A DNA stretch of 64,000 nucleotides from Thalia democratica (lineage: Eukaryota). Below are positions 62,701-64,000 of the stretch, in pieces. The position numbers and the translations under genes were made by a program. The notes under the pieces were generated by a model that saw only the letters and a program-made list of their open reading frames with translations, was not told where the DNA came from and did not search any database. Every line of letters starts with the position of its first letter. The stretch's first letter is position 1. The stretch lies in assembly GCA_965202585.1 (NCBI GenBank), contig OZ241827.1, forward strand, positions 57,784,001-57,848,000, given 5' to 3'.

Positions 62701-64000
62701 ACCATCAGGTTTGTTTAATTAAAAACACATTACCACATCACAAAAACGCCAAGCAGCAGTGCATAGAGCTGTCATGAAATGTTATCTGTTCGAGCTTAAG
62801 TACACTTTAGAAGCTCGAATGTTTTGTATAACATGCACTCGAACGTAAGTTGGTTACGATAAAGAGGAAATATTTTGATCATTGGTGAGGTGTAGGAGGT
62901 TCTCGTTCGATGTTGTTGACTCAGCTGCTACTTCAACACAAACTTGAACGGTTGCAGGTCTTTGCTACTTAGCAGCGTGTTTTATTTACACAATAAAGGT
63001 TCTTTTTTTGTGTTTCTAAAAACAGTTTTTTAATAAAATCCTTATATTTTTGGTACCTTAAACAAAGTTGATAAAAAAACGCTTATTTTTAAAGCTTTTT
63101 ATAATCAGTTATAAATATAGATGCTTGGAAATTAATTCTCTTCAAAGTGTTTACAATGTATTTTAAATAAATACAAACACTAAAATTATTATACGGTTTT
63201 AAGCTTCAATTGTTATTAGCAGTTTTTAAACTTAAAGCTATGAAAAAAAAGTTTTAATATATTTTTATACTAACTTAACTGTATTATTCAGCGGTTAAGA
63301 ATGTACGAACTTTGTTAAGTCAGTAACTGTTGCTAAAAATTAAAGTATACAGTTTTCTTTTTTAAACTTCACCATTTAGTTAACTTAAACTATAGTACAA
63401 CATTTTTAACATAGTTTTTCATAACATAATTTGAAAATCAAAAACTTTTTTTTATATACTACACATGAGATTAATCACTCTTTTTTAACTTTGTTTAAAT
63501 TTTTCTCAAGCTCTTGTACTTAGAAGAAGTGCTTTTAAGTAACAACAAAAAATTGTTTTTTTCTAGATACAACACAACAGATTACCTTGAAAATTTTAGT
63601 AGGTTAAATATTTTTCCAATTCAAACAAACTTATAAAACTTAATACTCGTATAAATAAAGCTGAATTTAATTTCATTTCTTTAATTGATTTTATAGTTCT
63701 GTTAAGTAAAGTTTAAAAAAAAGCATTAAAAGTTAAAAGATATCAATTCTTGTAATTTTAAATAAGATAATGTTATTTTATTTTTCTTAATTCACTTTAA
63801 AAGGTTAATGTTATTTATAGCAATGTGTTTATATGTTTCTAAAAAGTATTTGTAAAGTTAATAACACATGTTTGAGGTTTCTTACTTCTATAGTTAGAAC
63901 CTGTAAAAAATTTTTCTTCACTTTGGTAAAATATTAAAACCAAACATGGTATAAAAATTAAATACAAAACAAACTAGCATGTAAAATAAAGAATTAAATA

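Overview
This is AT-rich eukaryotic (metazoan) genomic DNA, not prokaryotic. One large plus-strand gene dominates the window: an ADAMTS-like / punctin gene of the ADAMTSL1/ADAMTSL3 (nematode MADD-4) group. I rebuilt it by hand as 33 coding exons from 9670 to 59734. All introns are GT-AG and phase-compatible, giving a 5211-nt CDS (about 1736 aa). Domain order: signal peptide, acidic Ser-Gly segment, TSR1, Cys-rich module, spacer, 8 TSRs, 4 Ig-like domains, 4 TSRs. I could not find a PLAC exon. The vertebrate-like architecture in a very AT-rich genome suggests an invertebrate chordate such as a tunicate, but this is inference only. Introns and flanks hold several mobile elements with identifiable ends: two copies of a ~0.7-kb Mutator/foldback-type MITE (9-bp TSDs), a 1.7-kb foldback palindrome (perfect 9-bp TSD), a 5'-truncated CR1/L2 LINE, a Tigger/pogo MITE, and a Penelope-like GIY-YIG retroelement with inverted pseudo-LTRs. 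The Penelope 3' pseudo-LTR carries a candidate minimal hammerhead ribozyme and is split by a 3.3-kb fossil hAT (Buster/Charlie type). Most ORF-track entries are chance ORFs or intron-extended exon fragments. No rRNA, tRNA or CRISPR features were found. Protein-family comparisons are from memory; no search was run.
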